Assembly: GCA_038496445.1 (NCBI GenBank)
Contig: JALMLS010000076.1
Span: 124,001-188,000 of the forward strand
DNA length: 64,000 nt
DNA from: Trichosphaerium sp. ATCC 40318
Lineage: Eukaryota > Protista > Tubulinea
Direction of reading: 5' to 3'
Below, one piece after another: positions 12,460-25,504 of this stretch. The notes beneath the pieces are model-generated. The model worked only from the letters and a program-made list of their open reading frames with translations, searched no databases and was not told the origin of the DNA. Every line of letters starts with the position of its first letter. Position 1 is the stretch's first letter. The position numbers were made by a program, and so were the translations under genes.

Positions 12460-15400
12460 CTATTCTTCAACGGAACTTGGTAAATGATGTCCAAGTGTTG
12501 GTGTCCAACATCTTCATATACTTTTGTGCTTTCATATGTAAAGGCTGTCTCATTGGTGCTATTGGTACGTCTTCGGAATCTATTTCGAATTTTTCTTGTC
12601 CTGTTGTACGTGTGATGATTGCTTCAAGTTGTTGAATTTTTTCTAAACGTTCTCTGCTCATTTTTGATTCCCCTTTACAAAACCACTCTATCTATAACCA
12701 CGGTCAAATAAAACAAGTGAAATAAGTAAGTGTACCGTATTGATATGAGCACAATTTCTTTCAATCTGTTTGAGTGTCACTTCAGTGATGGCAGTACATT
12801 GTAGACTTAAAAACTCTACCAACGGGAATGGAAATTGGTCAAAAGGATTGATGAATGATCTGTCATCAAGTTTTTTGTTGTCACCGAGTAACAGTGTCTT
12901 GAGGTTCACCATAGGTTCAGCACCCCAAGTGATTGTATCAAGATGTTTTGAAGAAGACAAAGATAGAAAGCACAATTGGGGTGTCTTTAACTCTACGTGT
13001 ATTGAATCGATATTCACCAGTTCTTCATTGTGTTAGAGGTATTGTAATTGGTTTTAAATACGTACTCAATGTTTTGAGACTAGTACTGGAAATGTACATG
13101 TCAGATTCACATTCGATGCTACGAACAATAAATGTTTCAAGTTTTGTGAGCTTTTTAATTGTTCGGCTATTAAAGTGAGAAATGTCGTCCATCTCAAGGT
13201 GTGTTATATTCCTTGTTCTCTCTGAAAACCTTGGAAATACAGACTTTTCAACACGCAACTCTCTCTAATAACCTGCTGTTAGACGTACAGAGAAAACAAA
13301 AGAACATACCAATGAAGGACAATCTAAAGTTAAAGGTATAATTGAGCTAGAATTTTTGGATCTTTTTTTGTGTAGGTACTTTAGTTTATCATGTGAAAAT
13401 GCTATATTCTCTGAAGAGTTGTACGTAGCTCCAAAACTTTCGAAAGAGAGGTACTCCACTGTTGAAAAGTTCTTAATGTTACAAACGCCTGTACCATCCA
13501 TTAATGAAATAGCCTTCAATGAAGAATGGTAATGACGATGCAAGCAGGGGTTTCTGGTTATCATCTAGTGAATACAAGTGTACCACCTCAAGTGATGGTG
13601 AAAGCAATTTCTTAACAACAATTGTGTTTGTAGGTTTGCTTTCAAACGGGCTATATGTAGGATAACGTGTAAATGAACCTACTTGTAGCTCTGGATAATG
13701 TACATCCAAATTTTGTTGCAAATGCACTTGTTTGAGATGTGGTGTGTCAAGCTTTTTCTAAACACAAGAATTAGATAGTGAGACATATATTATTTGCGTA
13801 TATTATTTGACATACAAGCTCTGGATTATAGTCACAGTCAAACACCTCAAGTGTTTTCGACTCAATGCATTCTGGTACTGTACTTTTCCTTACTTGTAAT
13901 ATTTTAACATGTTTCATAAGCTCAGGAAATGCCTGCGAAAATAACTGGTTAAAAATGATATGTCAAATATAAATATGTGTAACTCACTTGTATCAAGGGT
14001 ACACAATGAATGTTGTGTATTGATAGTACAGTCAGATTGGGTACTACAAACTGTGATATTGATGCAGCGGTAACAGCAGACACTTTTAATGCTCTATATG
14101 TTATTAGATTAATTGACAGTTGAGTAAAGAATATTTACACTACTTGTGGTAGAACCAATTTATAACCAGTTCGAACCCTGTCATTAATACGTAGTTGAAG
14201 TGTTTTTAACTTTTTCATCTTTTGGAAGGTAGCCAGCATTGACGTCTGATTTACTTGCATATAGTGCGAATATACTTCCAAGTGAGTCAACCTTTGTGTT
14301 TGGTTAGTTCATGAGATATTAATTAAGTTCCAATTACTTACTCCTTCAAACCAAGTTTTTTAAAAAGATGTCTATCTTTTGTATCTATGCAACACACCAG
14401 ATGTCTCAAACGTTGTAGTTTTCTGTTGTTTGAAAACCGTTAGTACTGGTTGATTCATGAAACCGTACTCTTTACTACATTCAAGAAGCTTAGCACCTGT
14501 ATTATCAATCATGTTCATTATCGTAAGATAGATTATAGGACAGTTGGTCATGACTTCATTTAGCCAATCAAGATTCTCAAAGAAGGTTAGCATGCAAAAA
14601 ATAGGTACTCTTCGTTTGCTTACATCCGTTGATTGGCTATCGGTAGTTGTCTAGGGTCATGTTTCGAAGATAACTTAGCAAGTAAAACACAATTGATTTT
14701 TAGTTAGATTTTATGTATGAGTACCAGTGACTGAAGATTTTTAAAGTGCTTTGCCTGTGTCTTCAAGTCTTTCATTAGACCGATTCCACTATGCACACGC
14801 ATTCTATTAATATGCTGCTTGTTTGTAACTCTTTCAAAAGCACTAGTGTTCTTCCGTGGTTCTTTGCAAGCTAGTATTTGTTGAAATGTGCTAAGGAAAA
14901 CATATCACATACTTGGGACAGTAACAGCTTTAAAGAGGAATCTTTCGTATATATCAAGCCAGTATTGGCATGTTAATTTGCATGCCTCGTGATCATCAAT
15001 CGTCAGGAAGTTCAATATGTGTACAAGCAATTCTATTGGTACTGTGTCATTTACCTTGACGAAGAAAAGTAAGTTTGTGTAATGAATAAAGAACGTACAT
15101 ATGATGTGTTTGTATTTTGAACACCATACTGCTTTATCTTGCTAGGTGGCTGACCCATCAATGCTGTTACATCAGCAGAATTTTGGTGTCTCTCTGTTGG
15201 TAATTGAGTGTCTGGTGCCACTGGTGTGGTTACGTCTGTTGCTAGTTGGTGTTGTATCTTTTTAGGTCTTTTGGCACGTAATGCCTTACGGGTTACAATT
15301 TGCTTCTATTAACGTTTGTTAGTAAAAATGGAAGCTTTTTTAATGTGCATGTGATCAAAAAATAGAATTGGCGTCAACTAAATGCCATCATTTGAGTCAT

Positions 15401-15838
15401 TACGTTTTTAAGTACACCTTAATCACACTTTCAAACGGTGATTTGAAAGCAGTGATTGCAAAAAGTTGCTACAGATTGAAAAAAACTAAGCAAGTTATTC
15501 TACGCACGGGCTGTATTTTAAAGACTTGTGTTTGCTTCGAATAAAGTACACGGTGCAATTTCGCGATTTCGAGTAAAAGAGCGACGTGCAATCCTAGTTG
15601 TACTTAAAAATACCTCTGTACGCGTTTTTAGTACGTACTGGCACTAATGGACATTGCTTCGCTTATTTTCGTGCTCGTTAACGCCATTAATTGTTTTCCG
15701 TTTAACTTAAGCCTCCTATTCGTTTATGAGTACGTCTTAGAACGATTAATACACGTACATTGCTTCATCTGAGATTTCTCCAAGACCAATGCGTTCTAGC
15801 CACCCACATACCTCGCCCACAGTCCAATACCTATCCAT
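12460..15838 (-). CDS. SAM - F-box - LRR protein, copy 2 (apparent frameshifts; possible pseudogene)
   Basis: MDRYWTVGEVCGWLERIGLGEISDEA...; F-box VPIELLVHILNFLTIDDHEACKLTCQYW. Exon/intron layout matches copy 1. Indels occur near 14360, 13525 and 12471. Confidence 0.72.
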
Positions 15839-16143
15839 TTGATAACTTTATCACTTGCTGAAGGGAAGCGATGCGTCACCAATGGTTGATGAGATTTTAG
15901 ATTACAGAAATTTCAAAACTGTTGCACTTCACTGAAGCTTTGAAGTTCACTAGTACATTATTACATATGAATGATTCTACAACTATTCAGTCTATGTCTT
16001 GCTACTACGAGAACAAGCAGTGCAATTTTTTAAATTAACAAATCCGCTCGCTGTTACCGTACTACAAAGAAACCACACGCTACTCTATTTTAACATTTTA
16101 TCTACGTTTTGTTTTACAAGAAAGTTTGGTTCTTGAGACTCTG

Positions 16144-17229
16144 CTACATCCTCGATACAGTTCCTAAATTAGCGTGGCAAGATGGACAAGAGTGTACAGT
16201 ATCTTTAGTACTGGCAACACAGAATGGTATCAAACAACAAGGCCAGCAACCAACCTATTGAAAAAAAGTAAGCATTTTCAAAGTTGCTACACGGACAGAC
16301 TTGATTAAAAAAAACAAACACAACGCTCTCATACGTCAACAAAAGAGAAAACGCAATGCCAAGAATTGTAGCCGGGCAAATATTTTTACATGAAAAAACA
16401 GTTGTTTTAGCGTATTGGTATCATATATAGAATACATGCGTTATGGAATAGCGTGAAAATGAATTTAAAAAAGATGAGGTGGTACAGAGGAGGAGAAAAA
16501 TAAAAAAAGAAAAAAAAAGAATGATTTCAGTTCACTTGACGTTGCCGTACAAAGAATAGAATGCCAACTATGAGCCACATGAATATTCCCATCTGTTTAT
16601 CTGTTTTTGTGACAATATCTGCCTCGCATCTTGGGCATGTCATACCAACAGGGCTGTGAGAAAAAAAGGTTAAAAAACATGCCACAAATACGCCTAAAAA
16701 AGCCGAAATAGATAAAAAAACCCACCCACCACTTACTTGTGCCCAAGGTTTGAGTTCAAGTGCACGACATTAGGAGCGACAATGTTTACAGCAACATTTG
16801 CTTGTTGAGGAGGTTGCTGTTGTGGTGGTTGTTGATATTGCTGTTGTGGTGGTTGTTGGTACGGATCAACGTAGTGTTGCTGTGGAGGCTCTGGAGTTTG
16901 AAACAAATTAGTAAGTTCTTTAAACAGCATTTATAAGCTTATGAGACACGTAATATGACGTGTAATTAAGTTTAAACTAACTGTAGCGACTTTCCAGTTA
17001 ACGTAGGTTGAAACTAAGAAAAACTCGTTCTACGACGTACGTTGGGGTTGAGGCTGGTACTGGTTCTGTGGTGGAGGCTGATACTGTTGTCTAAAGCGAG
17101 AAATTACTAATAGGGTCTACACTAGCTATTGAGCACACTTGGCGCAACGAATACCGTTATTGCTGTAAAAAGAAATTGTTTTGATTACTAAAGTATAACA
17201 AGCGCGTACTGATTTGCGTTTGGGTCCAT
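16144..17229 (-). CDS. LITAF-domain zinc-binding membrane protein with Pro/Gln-rich N-terminus
   Basis: QQPPQQQY repeats, then PVGMTCPRC...VTKT...[43 protein letters not shown] (two CxxC motifs flanking a hydrophobic segment). Confidence 0.92.
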
Positions 17230-17648
17230 AGATGAATTTCGGGTACAAAGTGGGCGTGCGAGTCTTGTTTATCTGAATGCTTCAATTCTTTTCAGTCAAC
17301 TTGTTTCATTTTTTTACCGTCATTGTTTTTTTCTAGTTTCAATAATGCAGACTTGCTAATCGCGTTGATTGTATCTACCTTTTCACACAGCAACTGTCAT
17401 TTGATAATAGTACTTTTTATCACGTGACACAATTTTTTTTCCACAGTCACAACTTTGTCGTAGGTATAGGAATGTACGTTTTGTGTAGGTTCAAGTTATA
17501 GTGTTGTCAAATGAAGAACTAATTTTTTGTGTACTATGCACCTATAACACCTTATATTGTCAATAGACACAGGCATTGTATATTTATTTATGCGATACAA
17601 ATCAGTTTTTTTTAAAGGGGATTGTCATTAAGTCTCCAAAAGGATAAC

Positions 17649-20600
17649 TTACCAAGAGAATAGCAAACACGAAACTGTCAATAGTATAAATATAACAACC
17701 GGGTTAAGCGTATGGGAATTACTTGTAGGAGGTGTACTAACACTCTCTTCACCTAAGCAAGAAGTCACAAACAGAAAAAATACAAAATCAGCGAAGTTTT
17801 GATTATTTAGAAGCATACCTGCTACTTCTAATACGAAGCTTTCATGTTCTATTTCTTTTATTTCTTTTTTATCAACTGCTTCCTTTAATAGTTGCGCACT
17901 TTCATCTGGCATCTCAAAAAGAAGTTCTTCGGTTTCATCAACAGCACTTTTAGTATCATCTTCTTCAAACAAGCCATCCGCCATTTCTTTGACTTTCCAG
18001 CCTGCACATTATTTTAGTTCGAAATAATTCATAACACTCTCACATACTGTCTACTTTTCCAACCTTTGATGCACGTGCCAAAAATGCATTTTTGAATTTG
18101 GATACAATATTTCTACTCAGTGCCCTTGCAAAGCGTACTCTAACCTCAACAGGTACTACGCAACTGTAAGGAAAACAACAAAGCCAAAATCCAGAAAAAT
18201 TCCTAAATAAAAACACATTGTACCTTGACCAACCAGTGTTCTATCAGGTGAGTATAGATCTATGTTATGAATGATCAATACGTATTATCTGATGCGTTAA
18301 AATGATGTACCTTCTGAAAAGCAAGTGTCAATCTCAGTTCCAGTGAACTCTTCATCAGAACCAAACTTCTCATATTTGCCATCTACAACACCAACTAGTC
18401 TTTCAATCATATCGTCAATCCAATACATAGTGTATGGAGGACGAGATAAGTTATCGGCAGGTGAAAAAGATGAATGTGGCACTCCACAAATAGTTTCATC
18501 TTTATCTGCATCACAACCAGATTTGATGCGATACATGCAAACATTAACCTAAACAAGATTGATAAGCTTTCGCAGATTACAAGTGAAGAAAAAATTAACG
18601 AAAGCTCGTTTCTCATAGATGGGTTCGCATCACCTTCCCTAGGGATATACGTACCGGATTCTTTGCTCTACTTAGAGAACGGCCAGCTTGCCATACCATG
18701 GAATTTCGAGTAGTACCATCACGTTGGACCTGACAGAGATAAACACAAAGAAAAGAAAGAAGAAAAGCGCACTGTTATTAACTCAGTTTTGACGTTTCTT
18801 GCTTTTCTACTGTTCGCAATAGCAGCAGCTCCAGCGGCTTGAGCAGCACCCAAGTTACCAACTTTGAATCTAATAACAATGTCAATCGAAAGAAGTTCAC
18901 AGGCTCGCAAAAGAATATCAGAAGCGAGAGCTCCGAAGTTAAGGCTAAAATGCTATAAAACAGGAAATCACGTGCGAACAATAACCAGTACGCTCTGTAG
19001 TTGCATTATCACGCGCACTTTTACAGCTAGCTCCCCAAGAAAAGTCAGAGGTGAGAAGTTGCTCAACCTACAAAAAAACATTTAAAAAAAAAAGTTTTCT
19101 AGTTCGGTCTTTTTCCCTGTCAAATGCATACCTTACTCTTCCCAAGATAAGGAAAAGAGTTACGCTTTTGTACGAGGAATGAGAAAAGTGATCTAAACAT
19201 CACTTGAAGTTCAGCATATCCACCCCTGAAAGTTTAAATCAGAAAACTGTAAAGTATTTGAACTTGCCTTAAGGTAGATTGTGTGGCTTTTAGAGCGTTT
19301 ACAACTATTGTTTCTAATATTTCTACGATTGCCTCTGGAACTGTACTTTTTGTATCATCACCAACACCATCTCTAAGGGTGTTTTGGAAAAAAGACCTAA
19401 TACAATCTTCAAGTGAATCTTTACCAAGATTACACTCAGCAACATATCTATCCAAAGATGGCACAGACATGCCAAAGAACGGAGAGAATAGTAATTGTCT
19501 CTCATATAATCCTTTGCCCTATACATAAAGTTAGGTACGCATAACACAAATGGGTTGCTATCAATCGCCATTCTCAACAAAACAGCGAAAGAAAAAAGCA
19601 CGTGATAAAAGACCATTGTAAAAAAATACGTACTCTTGAAGTTGCTAAAACAGCTAATGTACTTCCAAGACTAAGCCCAACAGCATTTGCTTTTACAGTA
19701 CCATCACCAAGCCTGTTCAATTCCTGACTTACAATGTCATTAATTTCGTCTATAAAGTCAATATACACGTTCGCGTTCAAAGGCATTGCTAAGAAAGAAA
19801 AAAAATTAGTGTCAATCTGTTAATTATTACATCATAAAATAATTAAGTGCTTGAATAGCACCTAAACGTAATTTCAAATACATACACATATCAATAAATC
19901 ACGTGTGCGTTTATAAACAAAGCCCGTCCAGGCACATCATCGTGCAAAAACAAGCAAAAAAAAAATTCCAAAAAGCAGAAATGATTTCCCGGCTTCAGTA
20001 AGTTTCTTAAGAATTTTGAAATCCATAATAACTAACGTACTATCCATAGGATCACCATCAGCGCATAGTTCAGGTGATTTACAGTCAAACCGTTTTCTGC
20101 CGTGTCCTACTACTGTAGGAACTAAAACAGTGTAACCAGCTCTATCAAATGCTTCAGAGGCGAGATGCATTGCGTCTGGGCAAGCTAAAAAGGCCAAGTT
20201 AGGAAGACAAGTGAAAACTAAATACGCTCGCGTGTGGTACCTGTATAGCCGTGAAAGATAACGACTAGACCCTAGTCAATGAGTAAGCCTTTTTAGGTTG
20301 CTGTTACGTTAAAACTTACTTTTGATTTCCCTGATGGTATCCATTGCTGTGGGTAACAACGTGGGTCTAGGTCGCCTTGTGCTATTAACGGGCAAGCGTA
20401 CTTTTGCCATTTACTTTGAAAGGATGTTAAAAACGCCCACGGCCAGTTAAATAGTATTGAAAATGTCGTGGGGTGTTATTCAGAAGCTAGTTTCGGAATT
20501 GTACTCACCTGTAATGAGCTGTCGGTGTACTCTCGCAAAACGTGTCTGTTTGTATCATGGCAGCGTATGAAGTACAGTAGTACAAAAAGGCAAATATTGC

Positions 20601-20660
20601 CACCCTATTATTTGATTAGCCGATTAAAACTACGCTACTGAAGTACCAAAACGTCCTCAT
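17649..20660 (-). CDS. Secreted, C-terminally anchored alpha/beta hydrolase (esterase/lipase-like)
   Basis: Signal peptide MRTFWVAIFAFLYYCTSYA; oxyanion region VVIFHGYTACP; GYTVLVPTVVGHG; nucleophile motif AVGLSLGS; hydrophobic C-terminus VVIFILLTVSCLLFSW*. Confidence 0.8.
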
Positions 20661-20743
20661 AGCGTGCTGAGTCCCAAATAATTAAATAAAGAAAGTTTGG
20701 CGGTTAAGGAAGACACAACAAAAAGGCGCTCGAGAATTTTCGA
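20661..20743. promoter_or_regulatory. 83-bp divergent promoter region
   Basis: ATG at 20660 (-) and inferred ATG at 20744 (+). Confidence 0.45.
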
Positions 20744-22555
20744 ATGGTAACTTAACCTTTCTATCGACATTTACGCCTCGTCTTCTTCTTCATAGGAGGA
20801 AGCACTCTTGTTGCTACACAGTGACAATATGTTAGATTCACTAGCAGTTGCTGCTAATGTTACTGTATCACCTACAGCACCACATCATATTAAATTCTTC
20901 CCTGACATATTCCAATGGATTATAGTGCTTGTTTCGATAGTAACATTTGGGTCGTTTGGTACGTTGTTTTCTACTTTACAAATAGAAGAATACGCCGAAT
21001 CTAACGTATTCATAGCTGTTTTCGTAAAATTAGAGCGTATTCAGGCAAGTTGACCAAAAAAATCTTTAACACTCGTGTTACTGAGAGTTTACGTTTGTTT
21101 ATTCCTTTTTGTACAGAAAGCAAACGTATCACCAATGGTAATACAAACTTATTTCAATGTAATGGTTTTTGCATCTAGCTGGTTAGTATGCGCGTGGAAA
21201 CCTTTCCAATTCACATACTGGGGCACGTTTATTTATTTCTCCGCTTTTTAGTGACTTTTTCTTTTTCGTTTTTTTTTGATTTTGACTTGAGAGTACAAAC
21301 ATAACGTTAACAGGGTTCGTAAGCGCTTTATTATGGGTCCCTTCATCTCTTTTTGCTTTCGTGGCAATAAACAATATAGGCATAGGGATGGCACAAGGAG
21401 TTTGGTGAGTAGATATATCACGTGTTTTTAAATGTCACGTTTGAACTTACACAATTTTTTAGGAGTGGTAGCACAAGTGAGTATTTGTCAAGTTTTTTTT
21501 TCCGGACGCTGACTGTCGGTTTTAAAACAACATACGTCTAATACATTTCTAGTATTAGTATCTTTCCTATGGGGCGCTTTGATATTCCCTAAAGAGCACC
21601 CAATAAAAGACTTGGGTTGGTCTCTGATAGGCATTTTTTTTATACTTGTTGGGATTGGATTAATTTCTTTGTGTACGATTTCATTTTATACAAGTTCACG
21701 TGTTGTTATTTTCTTTTTTTGTATCACACTTACATACCCCTCAGCAAACCATCCAGTTATGGGGAGATTCATTAATTGGTACATGAATAAAAGGGTAACA
21801 ACAAGAGGTAGCCGGGATTCTTATTCGTCACTTATCGGGTCGGTATCCGCAGAAGATAACGCTCAAGACTACGATGATGAAGAGCCTCTAAGGACAGTCA
21901 CTCAAAAAAAGCGTTGGCTACTCGGTTTCGCATGTGCTCTTGCGTTAGGGTACGTAGTTCCTTAGACTATACAAGTCAAGCGCCTCTGACTTTGATTTAG
22001 TTTGCCAAATGGGTCAATGTTGATTCCTCTTCATTATGCGCCTAAAGAAGTTCAAAACGAAATGTTCGCACGTGCGTAATTAAAACTATGAGTATTGGCT
22101 ACTTTACTTATCACTTATCGCTAGCTTCGTTTGCAACTGGCGTTCTCCTTGCAACTCCACTGTTTGCCTTTATTTGGTTTTTTTTTATTGAAAGGTACAT
22201 GGTTAATTGAGTTGCTTGTGAATAATCTTGCGAGTTTAGAGGATGGCCATCTTGGGAGATTAAAGTGTCTTTAGTACCTGCTAGCATAGCAGGGTTTATT
22301 TGGAATGTAGGGAATGTATCAAGGTATGAGAGAAGTAACTACAAATAACAACTGACATTAACAATTAGTATTATTGCTACGCAATATTTGGGTTACGCCA
22401 GAGGGTTTCCTTTGACTCAAACAGCATTACTTGTGGCTGGCATATGGAGTTTATTATATTACAAAGAAATAACAGGCGCTAGACCAATATCTCAGTTTAT
22501 TATTGGCGCAGTTATCTTACTTGGAGGTATTGGGTTATTAGGTACTTTTGGCTAA
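20744..22555 (+). CDS. TMEM144-like / DMT-superfamily sugar transporter
   Basis: VSIVTFGSFAVFVK, AINNIGIGMAQGVWSG, VSFLWGALIF, ALALGLPNGSMLIP, AGFIWNVGNVSSIIATQYLGYARGFPLTQTALLVAGIWSLLYYKEI; about 10 TM segments. The start is inferred from an ATG-only first exon; the alternative start is 20829. Confidence 0.85.
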
Positions 22556-22729
22556 AAAAAACAAAAACAAAAAAAAAATAAAACTCATAATATGCATTCA
22601 TTCCAGACTTCTTTTACTGTGATATGTACAATAATTATTATTTTATTCACAGTACAACACCTTACACAATCACACGCTTCAATTAATTATGGTAAAAAGC
22701 CTTTGAAGCAAACAATTTCTTGTTCTTTT

Positions 22730-23030
22730 TTTTTATTAATTTGCCTTGTTTGTTCCAACACTTGCATCCCTTTAGTTTTCCTTTGTGTATGCACATTGCT
22801 ATTTTAATTTACCATTTTCGTACCATTCATTGTACTCTCCTTCATTTTTACAATGACAAAGTGACATTCCTCAATTGTTCGTTGAAACCACTCTTTGTAC
22901 CTTCAACCCACTTTTACTACTTTGTTTCAATTGCCCATTCTCATGCCATATCATGACATGTCCCTCTGTGTTATAATGAGTACGTATTTGCCCATCCTGT
23001 ACCACTCCTAGAAATATTCCGTGCTTTTCA
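22730..23030 (-). pseudogene. Decayed MORN-variant (MORN_2/YwqK-like) repeat gene
   Basis: Fragments in shifting frames: KHGIF-EWY-DGQIR, IWHENGQLK, YKEWF, EGEYNEWYENGKLK*QC, KGKLKGCKCWNKQGKLI. Multiple stops and frameshifts; no introns evident. Confidence 0.75.
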
Positions 23031-23490
23031 GAAATTGTAAAATATTTTTCGCTTACAATGGTTTGTTTTGCTGAATTGCTCTAATAATAAATAGATACGA
23101 CAAGGTCTTTGTAACACTTTGTAATGGCAGGTTTTTTAGTGCAGCTGTGAACGACATGTAACGTTTTTTTTTCTGTTCGGCTTTTTTTGGTTGCATTCGC
23201 TTTGCTAGGCGTAGAACGTATTTCGTAGAAGTTTTCAAGTAAATCTAAAATTGTACGCCGAAAAACCGTTTCCCAACGGCATTCACATAGGAACTGGTTG
23301 TAGTTTGCAGTTTCAAGACCCTTTAAAACAGTAGATGACCTCAACATTTGCTCCACTTATTTTTCCCCCGCAGCGCTTATAATTACTCTAAAACGTATCA
23401 CAGTAGGCTTCAAATTGTGTTGTTCGACGACATTCGTTTCTGTGATTTTTTTTGACGAAAAACATACACAATTATTAAAACACTCAAACG

Positions 23491-25504
23491 ATGGCATCTG
23501 CTCCTGTAAAAGAACTTCTAAACAACGTAAAGCTTACTGACGCTTCTGGCGCTGAGTTTGACTTGGATACTTTGAAAGGAAAAACAATAGGCTTATACTT
23601 CTCAGCTCATTGGTGTGGACCTGTACGTGTTGTTGTGATTAAAGACTGTTCTTATCGCTTACCGTTTTGTTAGTGCCGTGGATTTACGTATGTTGACGTT
23701 TCCAAACTCTTTTAACCGTACATAGTCCTCAGCTAGCTGATTTCTACAAAAAGAACGCCGAGAAACTCAAATTTGAAATAGGTTCGTTATTTTTGTTTCG
23801 GTACAGTCTTTTTGTTTATACAGCGTAGTGTTCGTATCCTCAGACAAAGATGAAGCTTCATGGTTAGTTAAATCTTTGCGGAGTAAGTGAACTAACGTTT
23901 CAAAAGGAAAGAATATCTCTCTGAGATGCCATGGAAAGCATTGCAATTCAGCGAGAGGGATTTGAAAGCCAGTGTACGCATAAAAAGTCAAAACCACCAA
24001 GCATCGTACCTAGCTCATTCTTACGCCGAAATAGCTCAGCAAACAGTTCAAAGTACGTGGTATTCCTACTTTCGTCATTGTTGACGAGAATGGTGAAACC
24101 ATCACAACCGATGGAAGATCTGGGGTACTCATACGCACCAATAGCCCTGTGTATTTTCTAAAACAGCGGTTTTCAGGTCTCAGGTGATCCAGAAGGCAAA
24201 AACTTTCCATGGAAGCCAAAAACATTCTTTGAGATCTTAGGAGACCAAGTTGATGGAAAAGACGGTAAAGTGAACGTTGCCGACATTAAAAAGGACAACA
24301 AAGCAATCGGTACGAAAAGCCGATCGTCTATGTACGGTTATTAACCAAAGAGCGCAGGCTTGTATTTCTCTGCTCACTGGTGCGGACCTGTACGTATTTT
24401 TGCTGAAAAAAATCGAAACTCCGATTTGCGTCTAATAGTGAACTTCTAGTGCCGCGGATTTACTCCATCTCTTGTAAAAGCATACAATACAATGAAGGCA
24501 GCTAACAAAGGCTTTGAAATCATCTTTTGCAGCTCAGACAGGTCCGTTTTTACTGAAAAAGTTTTTTGTTAAATTTTTCTCTTCCGATTCAACAGCAATC
24601 ATTAATCTTTTGTCCCATAGAGATGAAAAGTCATACGAAGATTACTACGGTGAAATGCCATGGCTCACAATTCCACTTGGTGGTGAGTACCTAAAAAAAC
24701 TCAGAAAATACGCAACCTCTCGCTCACTGTTTTTTAGATGATCGCAAAGATGCTCTAAGCAAAAAATACAGTGTCCGTGGAATCCCATCGTTGATTATCG
24801 TAAACGCACAAAATGGCGAAACAATCACAGCAAACGGACGTGCTGCAGTACAAACTGACCCAGAAGGTGCTGACTTCCCATGGCTACCAAAGCCACTAAA
24901 CGAGCTCTCTGGAAGCAGTACGTTAATCCTAAAATCTCGAGTTTTGTATTTTGTAGCGTTTTTTTAGACTGGGGGTTTACAAAACGGTTATTCTCTTTCT
25001 AACTTGTTATATAGACGGTGAGTTATTGAATGAAGAGACCTGTCTTATCGCATTTGTTGGTGATGATGAGAAATCAGTTGAAGAATTAAACAAAGTAGCA
25101 ACTGCTTACGCTGCTAAATGGGAGGCAAAGAGCGATAAACCACTCTACTTTCTATACGTTAAGGATGGTAACCCATTGAAAGACCGTATCACTGGATTCT
25201 TGAAAGTGGCTGATGAGAAGGTAACCTTTCTTCTTCTTTTTTGATTCTACTCGATTTGATCTTTACGTCTACGCGCAATCGTCTACGCACAAATGTTAAT
25301 TACTCGAGTAGCGATAGCTTTTTTTTTTTAAATGCTTTTTCGAATGTAACCTCTGACATTTTTCGTTCTCTGTAGCTTGTAATTCTTGATATCCCTGGTG
25401 AAAAGAAATATATGCTAAAAGACGCTGAGTTGAAAGAAGATTCTGTAAAAGGTGTCGTTGAAGACTTTTTGGCATCTAAATTAGAAGGTCTCTCTTTGGG
25501 TTAA
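23491..25504 (+). CDS. Nucleoredoxin/tryparedoxin-like oxidoreductase (two WCGPC thioredoxin domains plus a C-terminal Trx-like domain)
   Basis: GLYFSAHWCGP|CRGFTP occurs twice, with FEIVFVSSD, MPW, VRGIPT/VRGIPS and DPEGxxFPW. Confidence 0.93.

Larger units (their letters stand above)
8417..15840. repeat. Tandem segmental duplication (about 8417-11915 vs 12227-15840)
   Basis: Collinear similarity from the 3' UTR (aactgcaac.aatcc.tctttacta) to the start codon. Several stretches, including whole introns, are identical. Confidence 0.95.
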
